DNA from: a bacterium
GTDB taxonomy: Bacteria; Patescibacteriota; Minisyncoccia; UBA6257; GWB1-50-10
NCBI GenBank assembly: GCA_021812365.1
Contig: JAKANQ010000003.1
Coordinates: 1 to 56,088 of the forward strand
Direction of reading: 5' to 3'
DNA length: 56,088 bases
Numbering within the stretch: position 1 is the first letter of the stretch; each line of letters opens with the position of its first letter. The translations under genes and the position numbers were made by a program. Of the stretch, positions 45,104-54,166 are shown in pieces. The notes under the pieces are model-generated. The model was not told the DNA's origin. It saw only the letters and a list, made by a program, of their open reading frames with translations, and searched no databases.

Positions 45104-46789
45104 ATGACTGGAGCTGTGTTTGATTTGGCAATCGTAGTTCTCATCGGTGCGGTATTTGGCGTCATCGCCAAAATATTGAAGCAACCGACCATTCTCGCAT
45201 ATCTTGCGACGGGTATCTTTATCGGCGGTGTCGGTATTTTTTCCGTGGGCGGGAATGAGACATTCCGCGCGTTTTCCGAGCTGGGCATCATGCTTCTGCT
45301 TTTTTTGGTTGGAATGGAAATCAACTATACCTCGCTGAAACTTGTGGGGCGTTCCTCGCTGTTCATCGGATTGGGACAGGTGATAGTGACATTCAGCGCG
45401 GGATATTTCCTTGCGCACTCATTCGGGTTCACCGCACTTGCCTCATCCTACATTGCCATTGCCCTTACCTTCTCAAGCACGGTCATCGTAGTGAAATTGT
45501 TGTCCGACAAGAGCGTTCTGAACAGTTTATATGGAAAAATAAGCGTGGGATTGCTTCTTGTGCAAGATTTTGTCGCGATTCTCATCCTCACGCTGCTTAC
45601 GGGCATCCAAGGAGGCGGTTCGGTATCGATTGCACAAATAATTCTCACCCTTTTGAAGGGGGCGGTACTTTTCGGCCTTATGCTCTATTTGGGACGCCGC
45701 GCGTTACCGTACATATTCAGCAGGGTCTCGCGTTCTCATGAACTTTTATTTCTGGTCAGCTTAGCGTGGGTATTTCTAGTTGCCGCGCTGCTCTCCAAAA
45801 TGGGATTTTCGGTTGAGATTGCGGGATTTTTGGCGGGTCTCGCGCTTGCGAACTCTTCGGAACATCATCAGATATCCGCGAGGATAAAGCCGCTCCGTGA
45901 TTTCTTCCTTATCATATTTTTCGTGGCACTCGGTGCCGAATCGGTATTTTCGAATTTCAGCGGCCTTTTCTTGCCGATTGTCGCATTCTCTCTTTTCGCG
46001 CTCCTTGTGAAACCGCTCATCGTTTTTGCGCTTATGGGAATCATGGGGTATCGAAAGCGTACTGGCTTTATGACGGGTATCACAATGGCGCAAATCTCTG
46101 AATTCAGTTTTGTACTTATGGCACTCGGATTGAAGTTAGGGCACGTGGATGATCGCGTGGTGGGACTTGTGACCGCGGCAGGCGTTATCTCGATTCTTTT
46201 CTCTTCATATATGATTCAGTTCAGCGAGAAACTTTACGTGGTGATGCGCCGCGGGCTCTTTATCTTTGAGCGCAAGAATAACATTGAACATGATATCGAT
46301 ATGACGGATATCAAAAAGCCCGTGGTGCTTATCGGGTTCCATAGGCTCGGTGAAAGTATCGCGATGGGATTGCCCCGCGAAAAATTGCTGGTAGTCGAGT
46401 TTGATCCTGAGATTATTAAGAAATTGAAACATGGCGGGTATCACTATCTTTTTGGTGATATTGCCGACCCAGAGATATTCGAGTCCGCGCATATTCAGGA
46501 TGCCGAGTTGGTCATTTCAACCAGCCCTGATATCGAAGATAATTTGGTTCTACTTACCGAGGTGAGGGGATATGAGAGGAGGCCGAAAGTGGTGGTTCGC
46601 GCGGAGACGGAACGAGAGGCGGAAACTCTTTATAAGGAGGGCGCGGACTATGTGCTCTTCCCGCATCTTACGTCCGGTCAGTATTTTGGAAAGACGGTCG
46701 CGATAGATTCGGAGATGAAGATATTGGAACAGCTAAAGACAAAGGACCTCGCGCTCTTGAGGAGCATTCAGAAGAACGGAGATTTTTAG
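45104..46789 (+). CDS. Kef-type cation:proton antiporter (CPA2) with TrkA-N domain
   Basis: KQP.ILAY, ELGI..LLFLVGME, FSST..VVKLL, LLVQD, QISEFS, GFHRLG, GD..DPE. Confidence 0.92.
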   Translation: MTGAVFDLAIVVLIGAVFGVIAKILKQPTILAYLATGIFIGGVGIFSVGGNETFRAFSELGIMLLLFLVGMEINYTSLKLVGRSSLFIGLGQVIVTFSAGYFLAHSFGFTALASSYIAIALTFSSTVIVVKLLSDKSVLNSLYGKISVGLLLVQDFVAILILTLLTGIQGGGSVSIAQIILTLLKGAVLFGLMLYLGRRALPYIFSRVSRSHELLFLVSLAWVFLVAALLSKMGFSVEIAGFLAGLALANSSEHHQISARIKPLRDFFLIIFFVALGAESVFSNFSGLFLPIVAFSLFALLVKPLIVFALMGIMGYRKRTGFMTGITMAQISEFSFVLMALGLKLGHVDDRVVGLVTAAGVISILFSSYMIQFSEKLYVVMRRGLFIFERKNNIEHDIDMTDIKKPVVLIGFHRLGESIAMGLPREKLLVVEFDPEIIKKLKHGGYHYLFGDIADPEIFESAHIQDAELVISTSPDIEDNLVLLTEVRGYERRPKVVVRAETEREAETLYKEGADYVLFPHLTSGQYFGKTVAIDSEMKILEQLKTKDLALLRSIQKNGDF

Positions 46790-47470
46790 TTAGCGCTTGC
46801 TGCGTGGCAATATCATCTTCTTTATCGTGTAGGGAAGCATCTCGCCCAAAAGACTTCTTGGTGAGGTTATATTTGTAAACTTGTTATTGCGAATTGCCTC
46901 AAAAAGCGAGGGTATGGTCTTTTCGCTCACCTCTATTTCCGCGTAATTCGTATTGAGAAATCTAAGGTCGTGCGTGTCCGATGTGGCGATAAAGGGAAGA
47001 TTCAATAGTTCTGAAACGCGCTTTGCGATAAGGTTGTAGTTTATGAATCGCGAATAGAACCAGGAATGCTCTATTGCGTCAAATAGGTCTTTGTTTCCCA
47101 TAAGCTTTTCCTGAAGCGAATAGCTGCCGGGAAAGTAAGGATGAGCTGCGATGACGAGTATCTCGTGGTGCTCTTTTTTATAGGCCCTTAATTCCTCAAA
47201 TGAGGTTACCTCTTTTATATCAGCGGCTGGATTTAGTATCACCACGTGCCGTTTTTCGATGGTGCGTTCGATACCGGGAACAAAAAGAATTCCGCGTTCT
47301 TCTGCCGCTTTCTTATATTCAGCATTATCAATGAACGCATTGTGGCAGGTGATGGCCATGCACTCGAAGCCGTTCTTCTTAGCTTCGTCCAGCGCGTCGA
47401 TGAATGAATATGGTATTTGGTCCTCGGGGTCGTCGTTTGTGTGGAGATGCAGGTTTGTCTTTAATTTCAT
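46790..47470 (-). CDS. PHP-domain metal-dependent phosphoesterase
   Basis: NLHLHT, AITCHN, GIE, AAHPY, SDTH. Confidence 0.85.
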   Translation of the reverse strand: MKLKTNLHLHTNDDPEDQIPYSFIDALDEAKKNGFECMAITCHNAFIDNAEYKKAAEERGILFVPGIERTIEKRHVVILNPAADIKEVTSFEELRAYKKEHHEILVIAAHPYFPGSYSLQEKLMGNKDLFDAIEHSWFYSRFINYNLIAKRVSELLNLPFIATSDTHDLRFLNTNYAEIEVSEKTIPSLFEAIRNNKFTNITSPRSLLGEMLPYTIKKMILPRSKR

Positions 47471-47556
47471 TTTTTCGGTTTGGGCTTCGGTATGTTATAA
47501 TTGTAGAAACAAAAGGTCGATGGGTAAATAGACATAAAAAACAACATATATTCAAT

Positions 47557-48234
47557 ATGGCATTTCAAAATTGGACATCTGCAGTGGTGAATTCATTGCA
47601 AAATTTGTGGGCGGGCGTAGTGGGCGTATTTGCGAACTTGTTAGGAGCACTTCTTGTTCTCATTGTCGGTCTTATCGTTGCGGGTGGATTGGGTGCGCTT
47701 GTGGAGAGACTCGTAAATCTCGTAAAGCTTGATAAATTACTTTCAGGCTTGGGACTTAACGAATACTTCGAGCGTGCCGGTCTTACCATCAACACCGGCA
47801 AGTTCTTCGGAAAGTTGGTCTATTGGTTCCTCGTGTTGGTATTCCTTCTCGCGGCAACCGATATTCTCGGCTTCTACTCGCTCTCAAGCTTCTTGAAGGA
47901 TGCTCTTATGTACATTCCTAACGTAATTGTTGCGGCACTTATCATGCTCGCATCAGTCGTACTTGCGAATGTGTTGAGAAAGGTGGTAAGCGCGTCGGTA
48001 AAGAGCGCGCGCCTTGGTGCTTCAGGTTTCTTGGGTTCACTCTCATGGTGGGCTGTTATCATGTTTGGCTTTTTGGCCTCGCTTATGCAGCTTGGCATTG
48101 CCGTTCAGATCATTCAGGCCCTTGTGACCGGATTGGTGGCGATGCTCGCAATCGCGGGCGGACTCGCATTCGGTTTGGGTGGAAAGGACTATGCGGCGTC
48201 TCTTATCAATAAAATGAGAGAGCACGTTCAGTAA
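47557..48234 (+). CDS. TM-helix repeat protein (MscS-associated/CmpX-like)
   Basis: NLLGALLVLIVG, YIPNVIVAALI, LAFGLGGKD. Confidence 0.8.
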   Translation: MAFQNWTSAVVNSLQNLWAGVVGVFANLLGALLVLIVGLIVAGGLGALVERLVNLVKLDKLLSGLGLNEYFERAGLTINTGKFFGKLVYWFLVLVFLLAATDILGFYSLSSFLKDALMYIPNVIVAALIMLASVVLANVLRKVVSASVKSARLGASGFLGSLSWWAVIMFGFLASLMQLGIAVQIIQALVTGLVAMLAIAGGLAFGLGGKDYAASLINKMREHVQ

Positions 48235-48340
48235 TACGGCCTTTAGCTCTAAAACCCCCGCGTTACGCGGGGGTTTTGATTTGTGGGATTTCTCGGCCTT
48301 GCTTGCTTTTTTTAGGGATATTGGGTATTCTATTCGAGAT

Positions 48341-48649
48341 ATGGCATTCGCAATCATAAAAACCGGCGGAAAACAGTATAAAGTCCGCAAAGGAGACAAG
48401 ATAAAAATAGAGAAACTTACTGGCGAAAAGGGAGCTTCCGTTTCATTTAACGAAGTGCTTCTCACCGCTGACAAGGATTCCGTCGTGGTCGGCACCCCGT
48501 TTGTGAAGGGTGCAATCGTGGAAGGAAGCATTGTTCGCGCGTTAAGAGATGACAAGAAGATAACCTTCAAGTACAGCTCAAAGGCGCGCACGCGAAGAAA
48601 GAAAGGACACCGCCAGGAATTGGTGGAAGTGGAGATTAAATCTGTATAA
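48341..48649 (+). CDS. rplU: 50S ribosomal protein L21
   Basis: FAIIKTGGKQYKV, VGTPFV.GA, GHRQ. Confidence 0.96.
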   Translation: MAFAIIKTGGKQYKVRKGDKIKIEKLTGEKGASVSFNEVLLTADKDSVVVGTPFVKGAIVEGSIVRALRDDKKITFKYSSKARTRRKKGHRQELVEVEIKSV

Positions 48650-48803
48650 CAAATGACAAAAAAACGCCGAAAGGCGTTTTTTTATTTCGAGACTTCATAT
48701 GTTTATTTTCCTACATTCATTTTTCCTCCCTTTCCGTTTATTCTACATTCTTTTGTAGTTACTGCATTCGAATAAAGTGAACATATTTAATTTAAAGGTA
48801 ATT

Positions 48804-48837
48804 AAAGAGGTGCTGTGCTATAGCACAGCACCTCTTT
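48804..48837. repeat. Perfect 34-bp palindrome (probable bidirectional terminator)
   Basis: AAAGAGGTGCTGTGCTA|TAGCACAGCACCTCTTT. Confidence 0.8.
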
Positions 48838-48987
48838 TACTGGTCAGATATTTTTGGGGTCAGATGTGTTTGAATTCGGAGATATTTTTTGTTCATTGCC
48901 CCCATGTTTTTATTACTCATTTCGAGTTCGTTGATAGATACCCCATTTAAATGGAGCACCTTTGCGTTTATCAAAAACCTCTTCTTT

Positions 48988-49587
48988 TTACATTCTTCGT
49001 TCGAGCGCGCTGCCCAACGTTTCTTCGTCCGCAAATTCTATCTCGCCGCCCGTAGGAATCCCTCGTCCAAGGCGGGTGATGCTCTCAGTGTGATTTTTAA
49101 AATCTTGTTTAATGATGCTTGCCACAAAATCGCCGAAAGTCGTCGGATTCAGAGCGATTATCAGTTCTTTCGCTTTTCCGTTCAGTTCGCTTTCAATTCG
49201 GGTCTTCAAATGCTGAAGGCGTGATTTATGAACCGTTTCGAGTGTTCCTTTTTCGGGGAGGTCTCCGAGCATCAGATAGTGACCGTTGAATTTGCGGGCG
49301 CGCTCAAGCGAGAGTATGTCGGTTTCCTTTTCCACTATTGCGATGACGGCGGGATTCCTTCGCGGATCCGCGCAGATGTCGCAAAGTTGCTTATTCTCGC
49401 TTTTCAAGAAAAAACAGCGCGGACATCGGTCGAGTGTGTTAAGCCCGCGAAGCGCAAGTTCAAGTTCCTGACGCTCCGCCTTCGAAAGGCCCAATATATA
49501 GAATGAGAGGCGCGTTGCAAGACGCGGACCTATTGAGGGAAGGCGAGAGAATTTTTCTATGAATTGGCGGATTTGGCTGGGAATCAT
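48988..49587 (-). CDS. recR: Recombination protein RecR
   Basis: LPSIGPR.A.R, C4 zinc finger CPRC...CDIC, TOPRIM, GIPTGGEIEFAD..TL. Confidence 0.95.
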   Translation of the reverse strand: MIPSQIRQFIEKFSRLPSIGPRLATRLSFYILGLSKAERQELELALRGLNTLDRCPRCFFLKSENKQLCDICADPRRNPAVIAIVEKETDILSLERARKFNGHYLMLGDLPEKGTLETVHKSRLQHLKTRIESELNGKAKELIIALNPTTFGDFVASIIKQDFKNHTESITRLGRGIPTGGEIEFADEETLGSALERRM

Positions 49588-49600
49588 TTTTCAGGTCCTT

Positions 49601-50962
49601 CTAGTAGTCTTCCGGAATGTGAGTGGCGTCAATATTTTTGAAGCTTGCTTTTTCTTTATCGAACCCAAGCTCGAACATACCCGTGGGGCCGTTGCGATGC
49701 TTCGCGACAAACACCTTTACGATGCTCTGGCCCTCCTCAGGAAGGTCTGCACGCTCGTTCATATCGCGCGAGAGGAACATAACGACATCGGCGTCCTGCT
49801 CCAAGCTTCCTGATTCACGTAAATCGGAAAGTCTTGGAAGTTTGGAATCGCGCTTTTCAATATCGCGAGAAAGCTGTGAGAGAGCAAGCACGGGGATATT
49901 GAGTTCGCGTGCAAGCGCTTTCAATCCGCGCGATATCTCGCTTACCTGGTTCACTACGTTATCGCTTGAAGTATTCGGTCGGATGAGTTGAATATAGTCT
50001 ACGATGAGGAGGTCCAGTTTATGTTCCAATTGAAGACGGCGCGCGATGGAGCGCATTTGCAGGATAGAAGGCGATGAGCTGTCATCGATGAAGATGGGCG
50101 CCTTTGAAAGTTCGTCGAGTGCTTGCTGCACGAGCGCGAATTCGAGTTCGTCGTTCAGGCGGCCGCTTCTCAAGCGCCAGAGCGGAATTTGAGCTTGGCT
50201 CGCGATGAAGCGGTCGATAATCTGGTCGCGGGACATTTCAATTGAAAAGATGCCGACGGCGTTGCCATGCATCGCCGCGTTGCGCGCGATATCGAGTGCG
50301 AACGCCGTTTTACCCGTTGAAGGACGCGCTCCGAGAATTATCATATCCGAGCGTTGGAATCCCGAGAGAAGATTGTCCAATTTAGTGAAGTGCGTCGCAA
50401 CGCCGCGCAACGTGTTCTTGTCTCCTTGGTGGAGTTTCTCAAGACGTTCATATGCTTCGGGAAGCCCCTCCTTGATATGCGCGAATTTTTGCGGGCGGGA
50501 ACGCTGTGAGATGCCGAATATCTTTTGCTCCACCTCGTCTATCAATGATTCAAAATCGGCGTGTTCGAACGCCTGTTCATTGATGACGGAAGACGCGTTG
50601 ATTATCTCGCGGCGCACGCGCTTTTCCTTTACGATGTTCGCATACTGTTCGATGTGCGCGGACGTGGGCACGCGCGATACGAGGTCGGAGAGATAATCCG
50701 TGCCGCCGATATCTTTGAATATCTTCTTGCCCTTCAGCTTATGAGAGACGGTAAGTATGTCAATCGGTTCTCCGCGCTCGAACAGTTCAAGGATGGTCTC
50801 GTATATCTTTTGGTGCGAAGGATGATAGAAATCATTTGGTGACAAAATATCCGCAACGTGGATGATCGCATTCTTATCAAGCATAAGAGAACCCAATACC
50901 GAAACTTCGGCATCAAGGTCCTGCGGTGGAACTTTAAATTGTGTCTGTTTTACTACGCTCAC
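49601..50962 (-). CDS. dnaB: Replicative DNA helicase
   Basis: PPQDLDAE.SVLG, GARPSTGKT, FSIEMS, VDYIQL, ALSQLSR, LRESGSLEQDAD, AKHRNGPTG. Confidence 0.96.
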   Translation of the reverse strand: MSVVKQTQFKVPPQDLDAEVSVLGSLMLDKNAIIHVADILSPNDFYHPSHQKIYETILELFERGEPIDILTVSHKLKGKKIFKDIGGTDYLSDLVSRVPTSAHIEQYANIVKEKRVRREIINASSVINEQAFEHADFESLIDEVEQKIFGISQRSRPQKFAHIKEGLPEAYERLEKLHQGDKNTLRGVATHFTKLDNLLSGFQRSDMIILGARPSTGKTAFALDIARNAAMHGNAVGIFSIEMSRDQIIDRFIASQAQIPLWRLRSGRLNDELEFALVQQALDELSKAPIFIDDSSSPSILQMRSIARRLQLEHKLDLLIVDYIQLIRPNTSSDNVVNQVSEISRGLKALARELNIPVLALSQLSRDIEKRDSKLPRLSDLRESGSLEQDADVVMFLSRDMNERADLPEEGQSIVKVFVAKHRNGPTGMFELGFDKEKASFKNIDATHIPEDY

Positions 50963-50964
50963 AG

Positions 50965-52395
50965 TTAGGATATTTTACGGACGAATGGCCCTAAGGGCGT
51001 GTCGTCTATAGAGTATCCTAATGCACCTATAGAAGCGCGCAAGTCGTCGGACTGGGTAAACTGTTTATTATGTCTGTATAACTCACGTTCCTTTACCAGC
51101 TTGCTGATTTTTGAAGGAATTCGCTCTGATTTAAGCGAGATACCAAATAGGGCAAGAGCGTCTTCAATCGGTTTTGCGGCTTGTTTCGCCGCACTCCTTG
51201 AAAGTTTCCAGAGGTTCGGCTTCAGGTCATTCGCATAACTCCACAATGCCGCAATCGCTTCTGGCGTGTTGAAATCGTCGCTTAACGCTTCGATGAATGT
51301 GCCGCGCACGCGGGCGGCGAGCGAGGGGATGTCCATAGTGGAACCTTTCTTTTCTCCTACCTTGGCAACGAAGAGAAGCCTTTCCCAAAACTCCTTCAAT
51401 GAGTCGAGTGATTGCGCGGCGCTCTTTGCTGTTGTGTCATCAAAATTGATAGGTGAGCGATAGTGGTGGGAGAGCACAAGCCAGCGGAGCGTATCCACAC
51501 TGTTCGTTTTCAAAAAGTCTTCGATGGTTATGAAATTATTCAAACTCTTGGACATCTTCTCACCGCGCACGCGAATGAAGCCCGTGTGAAGCCAGATGCG
51601 TACGAACGGTTTCTTTCCCGATGCGGCTTCTTGCTGCGCGATTTCCGCCTCGTGGTGGGGGAATTTCAAGTCCTCGCCACCCCCATGGATATCGTACTGC
51701 GGTCCGAAAAAGGTTTCTGTGATGGCAGTGTCTTCAATATGCCAACCCGGCCTGCCCCAGCCAAGTTTTGTGTTCCACGCGGGTTCGCTGTTTTCCAACG
51801 CAAATTTCTTCTTTTTGTTCTTATCGCTTACCGCGACAAATTTCCAGAGCGCAAAATCACCCCGATTTCTTTTTTTGAGATTCTCGTCAATGCGCGTCAT
51901 CGCGTCCTCCGCCTGCGCGACAGTTCGCTTTGAAAGTTTTCCATAATCGGAGAATGTCGAGATGTCAAAATAGTATCCGCTGCCCTCAATCACGTATGCG
52001 TGTCCGCGCGCGACGAGTGTTTCTATCTGTTTCACTATTTCCGGAATATAATCACTCGCCCTCGCGTATTTTGAGACTGAGGTCACCCCGATCTGTTTCA
52101 TCGTTTTTCTATACGCGGCGTCATTCAGGCGCGCGAGCGCGAGCGGGTCCATATGCGCCGTTCGCGCGCGTTCTATTATCTTGTCATCCACATCAGTGAT
52201 GTTTTGGAGATAGAACACTTTGTAGCCTTGTGAACGCAAAAAGCGCACGAGTGTGTCGAATGAGATGTAGGTGCGGGCATGACCCAAATGCGCCTTGTCA
52301 TACACGGTAGGTCCGCATACAAATAGATTGAGTGCGCCTCGTTCCGGTTTTAGTATCTCTTCTTTTTCTCCGCTTAACGTATTCAGTAATTTCAT
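50965..52395 (-). CDS. cysS: Cysteine--tRNA ligase
   Basis: CGPTVY..AHLGH, NITDVDDKI, GRPGWHIE, DIHGGG.DL.FPHHE.E, KMSKS. Confidence 0.96.
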   Translation of the reverse strand: MKLLNTLSGEKEEILKPERGALNLFVCGPTVYDKAHLGHARTYISFDTLVRFLRSQGYKVFYLQNITDVDDKIIERARTAHMDPLALARLNDAAYRKTMKQIGVTSVSKYARASDYIPEIVKQIETLVARGHAYVIEGSGYYFDISTFSDYGKLSKRTVAQAEDAMTRIDENLKKRNRGDFALWKFVAVSDKNKKKKFALENSEPAWNTKLGWGRPGWHIEDTAITETFFGPQYDIHGGGEDLKFPHHEAEIAQQEAASGKKPFVRIWLHTGFIRVRGEKMSKSLNNFITIEDFLKTNSVDTLRWLVLSHHYRSPINFDDTTAKSAAQSLDSLKEFWERLLFVAKVGEKKGSTMDIPSLAARVRGTFIEALSDDFNTPEAIAALWSYANDLKPNLWKLSRSAAKQAAKPIEDALALFGISLKSERIPSKISKLVKERELYRHNKQFTQSDDLRASIGALGYSIDDTPLGPFVRKIS

Positions 52396-52499
52396 ATGAC
52401 TACACTAATCAATACTGATTATAACGGATAAATGCGGATAAGCCATACAGCCCATCCGTATCAGTCAGTGTCCTTATTCGTATCAATCCGGTAGCAATA

Positions 52500-53498
52500 T
52501 TACTTGCCCCAGTTCAATATGATGGAATCCACGCGCGGGGTATCGGTCTGCGCGGTATCGCTGCGAAGGCGCACGCGATATTTGAAGTAGCGCATATTCT
52601 TAACTTGCGTCGGGTCTATGCAGATCGCGGTGCCCATCGGCGCGTTTCCTCCCGTATTGATTCCCCCGCGATATCCCGCGGCGCATGGCGCGCTATAATA
52701 GTCGTTGTTTGTTCCGCTTGGTCCGATGAAGTTCCATGGGCCCGTTGAATTGTTGGACACCGCGATTTGGAAATCGACGTATGTTTGCTGCGTGGTTCCG
52801 TTCGCGTTCTGAACGCCGTTCCAGATGAAGCTGTTCAAAGTCGCGCCCCCTACGGATTGAGTGTCGATGACCGCCGAATCGAGGTATGCGATGCTTGAGG
52901 TTGCGCGGTATGAAGTGATGACTTGATAATTGGAAGCTCCGCAGCTTGAATTGTTCGCGCAATTGAAGCTTATCCATCCGACCAAGTCGTTCCACGCATA
53001 GCCTGAAAATGTTCCCGTATTCTTATCCACGGTAACGCCCCAGTACGATGAATTGCCGGGAACTCCGCACAGCGAGTCGGTGTTGCGACAGCTCATACTT
53101 ATCCATCCGATAGAATCGTTCCACGCAAATCCCGAGAGCCAGCCGCTCGCGTCATAGTTGGTGCAATTGCCGGTCGATTGGTGAATCGCCGCAAGTCCGT
53201 TACATACGCCATAATTCGAAGTCGCGCAAATATTGCCGGCGGGTGAGTTTGCGCAATCGAATGAAACTTCTTTCGCGGAAGAACTCGCATAGCCTATCAT
53301 TTGAGAAACGGAAAGCTGTATGTTGTTCGTATTATACAAGTCCCACCATCCATCAATATCGTCCCATGCGAAATGTTCCGTGGTGGTAGCACTGATATTC
53401 GTGGCCGCGCTCGCGCGTGGCGTCCAGATGAGGTTCGCCACTGCGAGCATGAGCGCGATTGCAATCACGACCCATAAAACGACCTTCCACTTTTTCAT
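52500..53498 (-). CDS. Secreted Cys-rich protein with G(F/Y)AWND.GWIS repeats
   Basis: Signal peptide; FAWDDIDGWW, GFAWNDSIGWISM, GYAWNDLVGWISF; TATAAT 6 nt before ATG. Confidence 0.75.
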   Translation of the reverse strand: MKKWKVVLWVVIAIALMLAVANLIWTPRASAATNISATTTEHFAWDDIDGWWDLYNTNNIQLSVSQMIGYASSSAKEVSFDCANSPAGNICATSNYGVCNGLAAIHQSTGNCTNYDASGWLSGFAWNDSIGWISMSCRNTDSLCGVPGNSSYWGVTVDKNTGTFSGYAWNDLVGWISFNCANNSSCGASNYQVITSYRATSSIAYLDSAVIDTQSVGGATLNSFIWNGVQNANGTTQQTYVDFQIAVSNNSTGPWNFIGPSGTNNDYYSAPCAAGYRGGINTGGNAPMGTAICIDPTQVKNMRYFKYRVRLRSDTAQTDTPRVDSIILNWGK

Positions 53499-53640
53499 AC
53501 GTTCATTATAACGTACTTTGTTATCGCGCGACACGGATATGACGCCATTTCATTTTTATTCACTCCTTACTGCTACGAAATGCAAATTGTGAGCAATAAG
53601 ATATGAAAAAATATGCAAAGAAGTGTGATATAATGAATGC

Positions 53641-54159
53641 ATGACGAGGAACCAAATCTTAATCATCGTTGGTCTTGTTGTTTTTTTGCTTATCGTGGTG
53701 GTAATTGGTATGTGGAATAATAAAAATGTGCAAACCGCTCCCGGTACGATGACGGGCACTGGCGGAGTGGGCGAGGTTCCTACAGCGACAACGTCCATGA
53801 CGTATACACCCGAGGTTCCGAAGAATGCGGTGGTGACCGCGCCGGCCGCGAGCGCTCCTGCGGCACCTGATTCTTCCGCGGAGCTCGGCATTTTCAATAT
53901 CTCAATTGATAAGACGGGATTTCACCCCTCATCTCTCGTAGTGAAGAGCGGAAATGTGGTTCAGATCAAAGCAACGTCGCTTGATGGAGATTATGATTTC
54001 TACATTCCGAAAAATGCGATGTATCAGATGATAAAGAAGGGTGAGACGAAGCCGCTTATGTTCACCGCAAATATGGTGGGAACATTCTTATTCGAATGCC
54101 GCGACTATTGCCCTGGAGGCAAGCAGATACAGGGAACGCTTATAACTGTTGCGAAGTAG
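53641..54159 (+). CDS. Membrane-anchored cupredoxin-like protein
   Basis: N-terminal TM, P/T-rich linker, FHPSSLVVKSG..V, GTFLFECRDYC. Confidence 0.65.
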   Translation: MTRNQILIIVGLVVFLLIVVVIGMWNNKNVQTAPGTMTGTGGVGEVPTATTSMTYTPEVPKNAVVTAPAASAPAAPDSSAELGIFNISIDKTGFHPSSLVVKSGNVVQIKATSLDGDYDFYIPKNAMYQMIKKGETKPLMFTANMVGTFLFECRDYCPGGKQIQGTLITVAK

Positions 54160-54166
54160 CACGAAG

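Noticed and set aside
52396-52499. T-box riboswitch upstream of cysS
   Set aside because: The region is too short, has no AAGGTGGTACC-like T-box, and the -10 lies close to the start.
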